64,000 nucleotides of DNA from Eledone cirrhosa (taxonomy: Eukaryota): NCBI GenBank assembly GCA_964016885.1, contig OZ024744.1:99386001-99450000 (forward strand), written 5' to 3'. Shown piece by piece: positions 1-11,200 of this stretch. Position numbers and translations under genes: made by a program. Under the pieces are notes generated by a model. That model was given only the letters and a program-made list of their open reading frames with translations, was not told where the DNA came from and did not search any database. Position 1 is the stretch's first letter, and every line of letters begins with the position of its first letter.

Positions 1-44
<44 letters not shown>

Positions 45-97
45 CACATATATATATATGTGTGTATATACACACCCACACACATACATATATATAT
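1..97. repeat. (TA)n/(CA)n compound microsatellite
   Basis: Direct reading: TA dinucleotide run with CA/TG interruptions. Confidence 0.95.
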
Positions 98-174
98 GCT
101 CTCTTGCTGCATTAAGTGTGGCCGTAACTCGAGTACGGGTATAAATTTATGGTACCCATTTACAAGTGTTAAAT

Positions 175-290
175 ATAATAATAATTGTTTCTACTTTTTG
201 GCACAAGGCCACCAATTACCCAGTGCATTACTGGTACTTTATTTTATCGAGCCCGTAAGGATGAAAGGCAAAGTCAACCTCAGCGGGATA
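175..290 (-). mobile_element. 5'-truncated tRNA-derived SINE (same family as 2320-2524)
   Basis: Near-identical to 2338-2449 (ttgtttctacttttggcacaaggcc...ctggtactttattttatcga...aaggatgaaaggcaaagt.aacctc.gcggga); breaks off just before the B box; (AAT)n tail at the left end. Confidence 0.8.
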
Positions 291-482
291 TATAATAATA
301 ATGAAATTATTGTGTACTATAACTCATCAAAGGTGCATGTATAGTACATAGAATAATGTACAAATGTGTTGTATTCAGGCAAATAACTTTGTGTCTACTC
401 TGGGATTTTTACATAACCTTATCTATTGAGTACGCTGAGATGCAACCGGTACTATCAAGGAAACCTTATCCAAGTACATTCT

Positions 483-538
483 TTCTCTGTTAGTAGGCTG
501 ACAGAAGTAGCTACCTCTGTCAGCCTACTAACAGAGAA
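483..538. other. 56-bp near-perfect spacerless palindrome
   Basis: ttctctgttagtaggctgacagaagtag|ctacctctgtcagcctactaacagagaa: 27 of 28 pairs match around the centre at 510/511; the single mismatch is A506/C515. Confidence 0.95.
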
Positions 539-662
539 CAAAGGACAAACACGGACAGAGATATGAACTCTCCTTTCAAAATATATATGTAAAAATGAAT
601 TTTTCTTCCACTTTTTATTATTATTTGTATAAATATGCAACTTTACCATATTATGCATATCC

Positions 663-700
663 GCAGTTGACAATGGATATAATGCTGAAACCGGTACCAT
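663..700 (+). ncRNA. Degenerate minimal (PLE-type) hammerhead ribozyme motif
   Basis: UUGACAA (667-673), 13-nt spacer, GAAA (687-690), palindromic ACCGGU stem III, then A. Stems I and II pair poorly, so probably inactive. Confidence 0.4.
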
Positions 701-836
701 TATTAAATGTGGAAATATCCTCTTTATAAATAAATAAATGTTTTGATATTACACTGAAAGAATCTCTTCAGCATTTTCTACTGAAAAATCTTTTTCCTTT
801 CTACTATTTGTTTTTATATATTTCAACTCGTGTGTT

Positions 837-1094
<258 letters not shown>

Positions 1095-1104
1095 AACAAG
1101 TAAG

Positions 1105-1198
1105 ACCCCGACGGCTGAGCTCAAGCCGTTTCGACGGCTAATTCTGGACTGAATGAAAATTTATTCTGGTATTTAAATAGCCGAGCTTATCAAGGGGG
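1105..1198 (-). ncRNA. Type I hammerhead ribozyme (U3-A8 core variant)
   Basis: Minus strand: CCCC-UUGAUAA (1193-1187)-G/CGGCUA...UAGCCG/C-GAAA (1132-1129)-CGGCU-ugagcuc-AGCCG-UC-GGGG. GUC triplet at 1112-1110; stems I, II and III all pair. Confidence 0.8.
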
Positions 1199-1815
1199 TA
1201 ATTCCATATATGGTCAAAGAGATAATCACCAGGATTGGTCACATCACAAGTTAGTAGTAAATCTGTGATGGCAAATTAGTGGGGGAAGGGGTAGCTAAAC
1301 CTGCCGGTAGGAGAAAAAGGGAGAGGGGATGGAGTAGACCCATTCATGCGTTGGTAGTGCCGGCTACAGCTGGGCATGAGGTCAAAGAGGATACTGGGGG
1401 AGGAAGTCGAAACGGTAAGTAGAACAATGAAGGGTAAAACTATAAAAAGTACTGAGAATGAAAAAAAAAAAATAAAAAAAAAAATAAAAAAAAATGAGCA
1501 AAGTCTGGTTACTAAGACTTAAGTCTCTCGCTATTGCTAGGCTAAAGAAATACATAAATAAATAAATAAACAAACAAATAAATGAATAAAAGAATAGATA
1601 AATAAATAAAAAAAATATAATAAATTATTAAAAAATAAATAATAATAATAATAATAAATAGACTAGGTGGGACGGAAATAAAGGGACCCTTATAAGAGGT
1701 AAAAGTGCGTGTATCGTACGGTGACGGGTCAACAAAAGGGGGGCCAAAATACTAAAGAGACTACCACGAAATAATAAAGGTTTCTATCCCAATCTCTTTG
1801 ACCATATATGGAATT

Positions 1816-1909
1816 ACCCCTTGATAAGCTCGGCTATTTAAATACCAGAATAAATTTTCATTCAGTCCAGAATTAGCCGTCGAAACGGCTTGAGCTCAGC
1901 CGTCGGAGT
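1816..1909 (+). ncRNA. Type I hammerhead ribozyme (U3-A8 core variant)
   Basis: ACCCC-UUGAUAA (1821-1827); stem II G1828:C1881 plus CGGCUA (1831-1836):UAGCCG (1874-1879); GAAA 1882-1885; stem III ACGGCU:AGCCGU; GUC 1902-1904; 3' strand of stem I is GGAGU (one mismatch). Confidence 0.78.
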
Positions 1910-2000
1910 TTTACTTGTTCCTATTACCCACTCTACTACCCTAAGTATTGAGTACTTTGGTGCGTTATGGTCCACCTGGTTCGTTACCACATTTACTTCG

Positions 2001-2001
<1 letters not shown>

Positions 2002-2057
<56 letters not shown>
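2002..2057. repeat. (TA)n microsatellite
   Basis: Direct reading. Confidence 0.97.
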
Positions 2058-2060
<3 letters not shown>

Positions 2061-2319
2061 CAAGAGTAACCAATCTTAAAGAGAGAGATGGAGATAGGAG
2101 AGGAGAGATTGGTGAATTAGTTAGAAGCCAAAGCATAAAGGCATGTGCTCAATGTGCAATATGCAGTGGAAAGCAGCTAGGTGGCTGGGTTCATGCAGAA
2201 GTTAGGTGCGCAGAGCAGGAAATATTCATTAGTTAAGCAAAACAAGACCACAAATTTCACAAGGAAGACATTATTAAAAGATTGTCAACATATTTTAGTT
2301 TGATGTAAGGAATGTAGAG

Positions 2320-2524
2320 AATAATAATAATAATATTAATAATAATTGTTTCTACTTTTGGCACAAGGCCAGCAATTACCCAGTACATTACTGGTACTTT
2401 ATTTTATCGACCCCATAAGGATGAAAGGCAAAGTTAACCTCGGCGGGATTTGAACTCAGAGTGTAAAGGGACGTAACTATGCTAGAAAGCATGGCGTCCA
2501 ACCCTCTACCGATACTGACAATTG
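2320..2524 (-). mobile_element. Near full-length tRNA-derived SINE
   Basis: Minus strand: A-box-like TGTCAGTATCGGTAG (2520-2506), B box GAGTTCAAATCCC (2457-2445), central GCCTTTCATCCTTATGGGGTCGATAAAATAAAGTACCAG domain recalled from invertebrate SINEs, (ATT)n tail. Related copies elsewhere in the window. Confidence 0.82.
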
Positions 2525-2726
2525 TTTCGCTACTCCATATAACATTCCTGGATCAAATGACTATATATCATTATTGATCTAGTTCAGTTGAAAATAATTA
2601 GCATAGTTAAAGATAGAGCGACTCATCGGAACTTCAAAGGAATATAAATTAAAATGAGGAAAGAATGTTACATAATGTAATGTTCCATATATTGGTTTTT
2701 CACTATGGTGTCCTGGGTGTATCAAT

Positions 2727-2730
<4 letters not shown>

Positions 2731-2768
<38 letters not shown>
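2731..2768. repeat. (TA)n microsatellite
   Basis: Direct reading. Confidence 0.95.
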
Positions 2769-2771
<3 letters not shown>

Positions 2772-2884
2772 TCACATATACGTACATATTTCATTAAATT
2801 AAAATAAATAAATGGCACTGAAATGAAGCTAAAAATAACGGCAGCTCATTATTAATCCTATCATACATAAACTGCCACACTAAT

Positions 2885-3472
2885 CATACCATCACTACTA
2901 CCATCATCACCTACAGCACCAACACCCTCATCACCATCACTGCCACCACCACCACTACCACCACCACCATCACCTCTAGCACCAACACCACAGTCACAAC
3001 CATCACCATCATCACCACCACCATTACCTCCATCACCATCATCGCCCCATCCCCACCCCCACCTACTAGCATCATCACAACCACGACCACCATTACCTCC
3101 ACAGCCACCATCTCCATCACCATTGCCACCACCACCACCACCACCATTACCACTGCTACCACAACCACCACCACCACCACCACCATCACCACTACCATAA
3201 CCCCCACCCTCACCACACCACCACCACCACCATCATCACAACCATTACCACTGTCACCACAATCACTGCCCTCACCTCACTACGACCATCACCACCACCA
3301 CCATCACAACCATTACCACTGCCACCACAATCACCTAACCCTAACCCTAACCCAACCATTACCACAGCCATTACAATCACCCATCTCACCACCACCATCA
3401 TAACCCCCACTCAACCTCACCACCACCACCACCATATCGCCACCACCACCACCACCACCTTCACCTCCACCA
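2885..3472 (+). repeat. Degenerate (CAC/CAT)n low-complexity tract containing (CCCTAA)3
   Basis: Direct reading; cctaaccctaaccctaaccc at 3334-3353. Confidence 0.9.
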
Positions 3473-3559
3473 GCAGGGACTATGGTCAATTGTATCAATA
3501 CTGTCCAATGTCACCTCTATCCCACCATTACTGAGGGTCAGGGACATTTGTACCAATGC

Positions 3560-3800
3560 TCTCCAATGGCCATCTCTTCCTCTCTATGACCCTCACCCTG
3601 CCCCCACCAGTGTTCTTCCCATTTATTTCCTAATATCACCACTACAACATCTCGTTGTTGGTCTTTCTCTTGATCTTCTGCCAGTGTTGTATCTTTCCAG
3701 GATGTGGGTGCAAAGATTCTGTGGCGCTGATGACATGATTGATGTATTGCCTTCCTTAAGGTCAAGGCCATCCATCTCCCTGTTCCCATCTCTATCAAGG
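3560..3800 (-). mobile_element. Decayed RTE-type LINE ORF2 C-terminal fragment
   Basis: Frameshifted translation RQYINHVISA/QNLCTHILERYNTGRRSRERPTTRCCSGDIRK*MGRTL resembles the RTE C-terminal motif (K..YFGHV.R...L...ILEG...G.R.RGRP..RW.DDI). Confidence 0.55.
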
Positions 3801-3887
3801 ACCGATCTGTTAGTTTTGTGGTCCATCCAGCCGATGTGCGGTGTCCACCTGTAACATGGAATAACCAATACTTAACTAGTACTTCAC

Positions 3888-4200
3888 TGGGATGCCACAT
3901 GCAGTGAGTGACACATTCTCCAGCAGGAACCTGGTGCAGTCTGTGACTAACTCAGGCTCTGCTGCACGTCAGGCTGAGGAGGGTAACCTGTCCAAGTATC
4001 AGTTGCTCTCCGACAGATTTGCAGTCGAGCCTGTGCCAATGGGAGACTTCTGATGTCCTTGGCCCTACTGCCGCCTCCCTACTCACCGCCGTCGGCACAG
4101 AATTGGCTACCCGCTGGTGTGAGCCTCACAAGCTGGAATGGCTCTTCCAATGTGTACCCTCACCGTCTTCTGGGGAAACACCTTTTCTATTCTGTCCACC
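3888..4200 (+). mobile_element. Decayed CRE-clade non-LTR retrotransposon, restriction-like endonuclease (RLE) C-terminus
   Basis: Frameshifted translation WDATCS/DTFSSRNLVQSVTNSGSAARQAEEGNLSKYQLLSDRFAVEPVPM/ETSDVLGPTAASLLTAVGTEL...LEWLFQC/..VFWGNTFSIL follows the recalled CRE RLE pattern WD.TC.DT...AA..AE..K..KY..L...F.P.A.ET.G..GP....RGN..SI. Confidence 0.72.
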
Positions 4201-4349
4201 GGAGACTCGGGGGTGGCCAACGTGTGGGCCCCTATTTATTCACAGTAGTGAGAGATGGGGAGAACAGGAGAGACAGAGGCAATGACTGTGGGAGTTTGGT
4301 TCCTTTGTGCTTGGTCCTGGTGTATATAAATATATGTATATAAAAGAGA

Positions 4350-4497
4350 ATGAGTACACAGTTTATTGATTCCTGAAATGAAGAAAGGACGGTAAATTCA
4401 GTCTCAGTGGGATTTGAACTCAAAAGATTGAAACAAAGTCTTAACTAAATGCTACAAAACATAATGTATGATTCTCTACTGATACTATCAATTCACT
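4350..4497 (-). mobile_element. Old diverged copy of the minus-strand SINE family
   Basis: gggatttgaactc B box at ~4409-4421 and ctctactgatactatcaatt A-box region resemble 2445-2524. Confidence 0.6.
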
Positions 4498-4507
4498 ACA
4501 GCCTTTA

Positions 4508-5033
4508 GTGAAGGCACGTGGCTTAGTGGTTAGAGAGTCGGATTCACAATTGTAAGGTTGTGAGTTCAATTCTCAGATCGGATGGTGTGTTGTGTCTTTA
4601 AGCAAGACACTTTATTTCATGTTGCTCCTCCTGCCAGGAGTTGCAATGTGATGACACACGACCGTGACCTCTGGCATCACACAGTAATACAGAGTACCCG
4701 ACCTCCCAAGGGGACAAGCCGAAGCTGAAGCATATAGACAATATGCCCCCACACCCTCCCACCGCAAGGTGGTCGTGGAGGTGCCACGGCAAAAAAGCAC
4801 CCAGCCCACACTGTAAAGTGGACATGTAGGCGCCACGGAAAAGCACCCAGCACTCACAGTAAATGAGGTTGGTGTTAGGAAGGGCATCCAGCTGTAGAAT
4901 TCAAGCCGAAATCAGTTCCAGTATGAGCAAGACAAGGTCAGCCGACCAGACACTGCCCACAACAGGACAACCCGCCTAACCCATGCTAGAATGGAAGAAC
5001 GGACGTAAAACGGTGATGATGATGATGATGATG
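4508..5033 (+). mobile_element. tRNA-derived SINE (possibly composite) with RTE-like 3' tail and (GAT)n end
   Basis: A box TGGCTTAGTGG (4519-4529), B box GAGTTCAATTCT (4562-4573), TTGTGTCTTTAAGCAAGACACTT core, GGTTGGTGTTAGGAAGGGCATCCAGCTGTAGAA, 3' CCCATGCTAGAATGGAAGAACGGACGTAAAAC then (GAT)n; ~40-bp internal direct repeat within 4782-4868. Confidence 0.75.
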
Positions 5034-5174
5034 AGATAGTATCAGCAATGGAAAAACCAATAGGAACATTGTTTCCTTGGTCTGATTTGACGAGGTCCAC
5101 CCCAATCGGCAAGCAGAGTTCTGGGATCTTTAACATTCCGCTAATAATATCAAAACCACATACATCCAAGACAG

Positions 5175-5560
5175 GAGCTTCTATGTGGTCTGCTAGAAAG
5201 AGCAGCTAAACCTCTCTCAAATTATATCTTACTGTATTAACTTTTAGCATCCTATAATGATTTAACAGAAAATATCTAAAAACATGTTTGTTAATTCAAA
5301 TGTTTATAGTATCTTTACTAGTGGACAGATTGTTGTAAAAATTTACAGTATTAGTGAAAAGGCTTTAATATTTAATGTAAAGCAGTCATAGTACTGTTTT
5401 GTACTTTTCAAGAATGTCTTCCTTATAATGTGGTTTCATGTGGTTCAGGACGTTAAAGGTTAAATAAGGATACATTGGATAAAAATATATAGACAGGATG
5501 GTCATGGCTGGAATATCTTTGATCATAGGTCTGCCTGATTAGGGCCCATATGGGGGTTAA
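5175..5560 (+). mobile_element. Interspersed repeat fragment split by the MITE
   Basis: Removing the MITE and one TTAA rejoins ...cttactgtaTTAAataaggatacattggat...ggatggtcatggctggaat..., which I recall as a common octopus repeat; not verifiable from this window. Confidence 0.4.
5237..5463. mobile_element. piggyBac-like MITE with TTAA ends
   Basis: Left TTAActtttagcatcct versus reverse complement of right end TTAAcctttaacgtcct (14/17 identical); TTAA at 5237-5240 and 5460-5463; AT-rich and non-coding. Confidence 0.68.
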
Positions 5561-5665
5561 ATATAAGAAAAATATGAACCAAACATTAAATATTTATAAT
5601 AACAACATCAATATTAATACATTTCTGATATCAATATCTGACAAGAATCAATAAAAATAATAATG

Positions 5666-6815
<1,150 letters not shown>

Positions 6816-6849
6816 TACCGACACCATCGTGTTGGTAAAGTCTGTGACG

Positions 6850-7395
6850 ATGCTGATGATAATGATGGTGGTGTGGTGGGTTAAGGCGTAATGTTGGTGG
6901 TGGTGGTGGGTGGTGGGCTAATGTTGATGGTGGTTGTAGTGGGTTAAGGCGTAATGTTGGTGGTGGTGGTGGTGGGTTGTGGGGTAATGTTGGTGGTGAT
7001 GGTGGTGGTGGTGGGTTGTGGGGTAATGTTGGTGGTGGTGGTGGTGGTGGGTCGGTGGTGGGGTAATGTTGGTGGCGGTGGTGGTGGTGTGTGGTGGGAC
7101 AATGTTGTTGTTGTTGGTGGTGGTGGTGGGTGGTGGTGGTGGTGGTGGTGGTAGTGGTTTGTGGGGTAATGTTGGTGGTGGTGGGTGGTGGGGGTGGGGG
7201 AGGGGTGGGGGTTGGGGTGGCATGGGGAGGTATTGTTGGTGGTGGTTGTGATGGTGGTGGTTGTGATGGTGGTGGTGGGTGGTGTGGTTATGGTGGTGGT
7301 GGTGGTGGTGGTGTTGGTGGTGGTGGGTTGTGGGGTAATGTTGTTGGTGGTGGTCGTGGTGGTGGTGGTGGTGGTGGTGGTGGGGTAATGTTGGC
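6850..7395 (+). repeat. (TGG/TTG)n tract with recurring GGGGTAATGTTGG motif
   Basis: Direct reading; opposite polarity to the preceding CCA/CAA tract. Confidence 0.92.
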
Positions 7396-7454
7396 GGCGT
7401 TGATTTCTTGCTTAATAACAACAGTAACAACAATATTTCTATTTTATTGGACTA

Positions 7455-7958
7455 GGGGTGAGGTGTGAGGAGTGGGAGGTGAGGGTGAGGGTGAGGGGTG
7501 AGGGGTGAGTGGTGAGGATGGGGGATTAGAGGTGAGGGGTGAAAGGTGAGAGGTGATGGGTGAGGGGTGAGGGATGAGAGGTGAGGGGTGAGAGGTGAGG
7601 GGTGAGGGGTGAGGGATGAGAGGTGCAGGGTGAGATGTGAGAGGTGAGGGGTGAGGGGCTGGGTGAGGAGTGAGAGGTGAGGGGTGCGGGGAGAGGGGTG
7701 AGGGATGAGACGTGCAGGGTGATGGGTGTGAGAGAGGGGAGAGGTGAAGGATGAGGGGTGAGGGGGTGAGGGGTGAAGGGTGAGCGGTGTGTGGTGAGGA
7801 GTGAGAGGTGAGAGGTGAGGGGTGAAATGTGAGGGGTGAGGGGTGAGGTGTGAGGGGTGATGGGTGAGAGGTGAGGGATGAGAGGTGAGAGGTGAGGGAT
7901 GAGAGATGAGAGGTGAGGGGTGAGGGGTGAGAGGTGAGGGGTGAGAGGGGGGAGGGGA
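7455..7958 (+). repeat. G-rich 7-bp (GGGGTGA/GAGGTGA)n minisatellite
   Basis: Direct reading; many G3-G4 runs with short spacers. Confidence 0.9.
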
Positions 7959-8211
7959 TATATTTCCTTAGATTGTCCAATGCTGAGCTAACACTTTGGA
8001 TCAACCATGGATTGTTCCCATAGCATATAATTATTGCTAGGACCTCACATAATCCACCTTCAATCCATTTTTAGAGAAAGGCAAAATGTAAGTGGTTACC
8101 CTGGGACTTGGTTTAAGAGGAATTCAATTATTATTTATAGCAGGAGTCAACTATTATTACAGTCATCTGCATTGGGACAACTACATTTCACACACAAACA
8201 AATATATATAT

Positions 8212-11200
8212 AGTGTTGTGCAAGAGAGAAGACTGTGTTGGTATAGACATGTGATGTACATGGATGATGGTTGTTGGATGAAGAAATGCCAGGAAATCCC
8301 AGTGGAAGGAAGCCACAGAAGAGGTAGACCAAGGAAGACCCGGGTGGATGTGGTGAGAGCTGATCTCAAATTGCTGAGACTCACAGGAGATGACGAAGGA
8401 ATGCAAGGAGTGTGCAAAAGAGAAGACTCTGTTGGTGGTATAGACATGTGAAGAAATGCCAGGAAATGTCAGTGGATGGAAGCTGTGGTAGAGGTAGACC
8501 AAGGAAGACCTGGGTAGAGGAAATACCAGTGGAAGGAAGCTGTAGTAGAGGTAGACCAAGGAAGACCTGGGTAGAGGAAATGCCAGTGGAAGGAAGCTGT
8601 AGTAGAGGTAGACCAAGGAAGACCTGGACAGAGGAAATGCCAGTGGAAGGAAGCCGCAGTAGAGGTAGACCAAGGAAGACCTGGACAGAGGAAGTGTCAG
8701 TGGAAGGAAGCTGTAGTAGAGGTAGACCAAGGAAGACCTGGACAAAGGAAATGCCAGTGGAAGGAAGCCGCAGTAGAGGTAGACCAAGGAAGACCTGGGT
8801 AGAGGAAATGTCAGTGGAAGGAAGCTGTAGTAGAGGTAGACCAAGGAAGACCTGGGTAGAGGAAATGTCAGTGGAAGGAAGCTGTAGTAGAGGTAGACCA
8901 AGGAAGACCTGGGCAGAGGAAATGTCAGTGGAAGGAAGCTGTAGTAGAGGTAGACCAAGGAAGACCTGGGTAGAGGAAATACCAGTGGAAGGAAGCTGTA
9001 GTAGAGGTAAACCAAGGAAGACCTAGGCAGAGGAAATGCCAGTGGAAGGAAGCTGTAGTAGAGGTAGACCAAGGAAGACCTAGGCAGAGGAAATGCCAGT
9101 GGAAGGAAGCCGCAGTAGAGGTAGACCAAGGAAGACCTGGGTAGAGGAAATGCCAGTGGAAGGAAGCTGTAGTAGAGGTAGACCAAGGAAGACCTAGGCA
9201 GAGGAAATGCCAGTGGAAGGAAGCTGTAGTAGAGGTAGACCAAGGAAGACCTAGGCAGAGGAAATGCCAGTGGAAGGAAGCTGTAGTAGAGGTAGACCAA
9301 GGAAGACCTGGGTAGAGGAAATACCAGTGGAAGGAAGCAGTAGAGGTAGACCAAGGAAGACCTGGGTAGAGGAAATACCAGTGGAAGGAAGCAGTAGAGG
9401 TAGACCAAGGAAGACCTGGGTAGAGGAAATGTCAGTGGAAGGAAGCTGTAGTAGAGGTAGACCAAGGAAGACCTGGACAGAGGAAATGTCAGTGGAAGGA
9501 AGCTGCAGTAGAGGTAGACCAAGGAAGACCTGGGCAGAGGAAATGTCAGTGGAAGGAAGCTGTAGTAGAGGTAGACCAAGGAAGACCTGGGCAGAGGAAA
9601 TGTCAGTGGAAGGAAGCTGCAGTAGAGGTAGACCAAGGAAGACCTGGGCAGAGGAAATGTCAGTGGAAGGAAGCTGTAGTAGAGGTAGACCAAGGAAGAT
9701 CTGGGTAGAGGAAATGTCAGTGGTAGGAAGCTGTAGTAGAGGTAGACCAAGGAAGACCTGGGCAGAGGAAATGTCAGTGGAAGGAAGCCGCAGTAGAGGT
9801 AGACCAAGGAAGACCTGGGCAGAGGAAATGTCAGTGGAAGGAAGCTGCAGTAGAGGTAGACCAAGGAAGACCTGGGCAGAGGAAATGTCAGTGGAAGGAA
9901 GCTGTAGTAGAGGTAGACCAAGGAAGACCTGGGCAGAGAAAATGTCAGTGGAAGGAAGCCGCAGTAGAGGTAGACCAAGGAAGACCTGGGCAGAGGAAAT
10001 GTCAGTGGAAGGAAGCCGCAGTAGAGGTAGACCAAGGAAGACCTGGGCAGAGGAAATGTCAGTGGAAGGAAGCCGCAGTAGAGGTAGACCAAGGAGAAAC
10101 TGGGCAGAGGAAATGTCAGTGGAAGGAAGCTGTAGTAGAGGTAGACCAAGGAATACCTGGGTAGAGGAAATGTCAGTGGAAGGAAGCTGTAGTAGAGGTA
10201 GACCAAGGCAGACCTGGGCAGAGGAAATGCCAGTGGAAGGAAGCTGTAGTAGAGGTAGACCAAGGAAGACCTGGACAGAGGAAATGCCAGTGGAAGGAAG
10301 CTGTAGTAGAGGTAGACCAACGAAGACCTGGGTAGAGGAAATGTCAGTGGAAGGAAGCCACAGTGAGGTAGACCAAGGAAGACCTGGGCAGAGGAAATGT
10401 CAGTGGAAGGAAGCTGTAGTAGAGGTAGACCAAGGAAGACCTGGGTAGAGGAAATACCAGTGGAAGGAAGCTGTAGTAGAGGTAGACCAAGGAAGACCTA
10501 GGCAGAGGAAATGCCAGTGGAAGGAAGCTGTAGTAGAGGTAGACCAAGGAAGACCTGGGTAGAGGAAATGTCAGTGGAAGGAAGCTGTAGTAGAGGTAGA
10601 CCAAGGAAGACCTGGGTAGAGGAAATACCAGTGGAAGGAAGCAGTAGAGGTAGACCAAGGAAGACCTGGGTAGAGGAAATGTCAGTGGAAGGAAGCTGTA
10701 GTAGAGGTAGACCAAGGAAGAACTGGGCAGAGGAAATACCAGTGGAAGGAAGCTGTAGTAGAGGTAGACCAAGGAAGACCTGGGTAGAGGAAATGCCAGT
10801 AGAAGGAAGCCACAGTAGAGGTAGACCAAGGAAGACCTGGGCAGAGGAAATGTCAGTGGAAGGAAGCTGTAGTAGAGGTAGACCAAGGAAGACCTGGGTA
10901 GAGGAAATGTCAGTGGAAGGAAGCTGTAGTAGAGGTAGACCAAGGAAGACCTGGGTAGAGGAAATACCAGTGGAAGGAAGCAGTAGAGGTAGACCAAGGA
11001 AGACCTGGGTAGAGGAAATGTCAGTGGAAGGAAGCTGCAGTAGAGGTAGACCAAGGAAGACCTGGGCAGAGGAAATGCCAGTGGAAGGAAGCTGCAGTAG
11101 AGGTAGACCAAGGAAGACCTGGGCAGAGGAAATGTCAGTGGAAGGAAGCTGTAGTAGAGGTAGACCAAGGAAGACCTGGGCAGAGGAAATGTCAGTGGAA

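Noticed and set aside
3334-3353. Interstitial telomere or chromosome-healing site, (CCCTAA)3
   Set aside because: Only about three units within C/A-rich low-complexity sequence; too short to distinguish from slippage.
4512-4585. tRNA gene
   Set aside because: A and B boxes are present but I could not build a full cloverleaf or acceptor stem, and the sequence continues into SINE body.
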